A DNA stretch of 64,000 nt from Octopus sinensis (Eukaryota), in contig NC_043011.1 in assembly GCF_006345805.1 (NCBI RefSeq), positions 35,724,464 to 35,788,463 of the forward strand, in the 5' to 3' direction. The notes beneath the pieces were generated by a model. The model worked only from the letters and a program-made list of their open reading frames with translations, ran no database searches and had not been told where the DNA came from. A program made the position numbers and the translations under genes. Shown here piece by piece: positions 63,426 through 64,000 of the stretch; the first letter of the stretch is position 1, and every line of letters begins with the position of its first letter.

Positions 63426-63520
63426 ATAATTGATTGAGTAACCAGAAGGTGGATTTGGTATTTGTCTTTATTTTGTGAAGACTAATACCAAATCCATCCT
63501 CTGGTTACTCAATCAATTAT
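63426..63520. repeat. 45-bp-arm hairpin with 5-nt loop
   Basis: Four non-Watson-Crick positions, two of them G-U. Confidence 0.85.
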
Positions 63521-63657
63521 ATTACATACATATAAGAGGGATGACCACTAAGTGGACATTCATTATGCTAGAAGTAGACCCCCTATGATCTTACCACTAC
63601 GAAAGGATTGTTCTCAAGAAAATTTAGCAGAAAATGTATATGTCTTGAGATGTTTAC

Positions 63658-63717
63658 CTAGCTCTACCGTTTGTTGTTCTCTTTAACAATTATGTATCCG
63701 TATAATCGATACAGTAC
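63658..63717 (-). pseudogene. Candidate phase 1-1 exon with one TAA (TVSIIRIHNC*REQQTVEL)
   Basis: cttgtttgtatag acceptor, tag|gtaaac donor, 60 nt. Confidence 0.3.
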
Positions 63718-64000
63718 CTATACAAACAAGACCAGTAGAAGGGTAATAGTATAGCTATTCTATACAAGAAGGGGTGATAATTGTACAGATATACTTTACA
63801 AGATAATATACTGTATATGAAAGTGGAAGTGTTAAGAGTAAAAATATACAAGAGGGAATGGTAATGGCCTCACTGACAGTGTTGCGTTGTTTTATAACCA
63901 GGAGCAGACCTATGACCAAAGCTGTCAGGTTATAGCTGGAAAGTCAAGCCACAATCTATCCGTTACTTATATACATGGGAGTGTATTAGTCAATGTGACG

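Overview
Eukaryotic, AT-rich, repeat-saturated genomic DNA with long (TA)n/(CA)n/(TATC)n/(TATG)n/(AAT)n microsatellites and one 100-N assembly gap. The SINE families look like those I recall from octopus genomes (inference, not checked). Nearly all ORF-track entries are microsatellite artefacts. Real coding remnants come from transposons: a near full-length decayed Tx1/L1-clade LINE inside a (TATC)n tract (49.2-55.2 kb), two ORF1-only relatives, Penelope-like (PLE) GIY-YIG remnants, R4/Dong-like and RTE fragments, and three Tc1/mariner remnants. There are also MITEs, Helentron-like elements and four SINE families. Two main results. (1) About 15 type-I, mostly minimal hammerhead-ribozyme motifs occur in several unrelated PLE-like repeat families. 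They include a two-copy family with a reciprocal G3:C8 core swap, a two-copy family with an A6U core, and a TSD-flanked palindromic element that joins a tRNA-derived Pol III head to a hammerhead. (2) A shared ~40-nt 3' tail links the Tx1 LINE, a 1.68-kb ORF1-only element and a self-nesting multimeric SINE. A tentative chain of minus-strand host exons, some with single stop codons, is also visible. All structure calls are by eye; no folding or database search was run.
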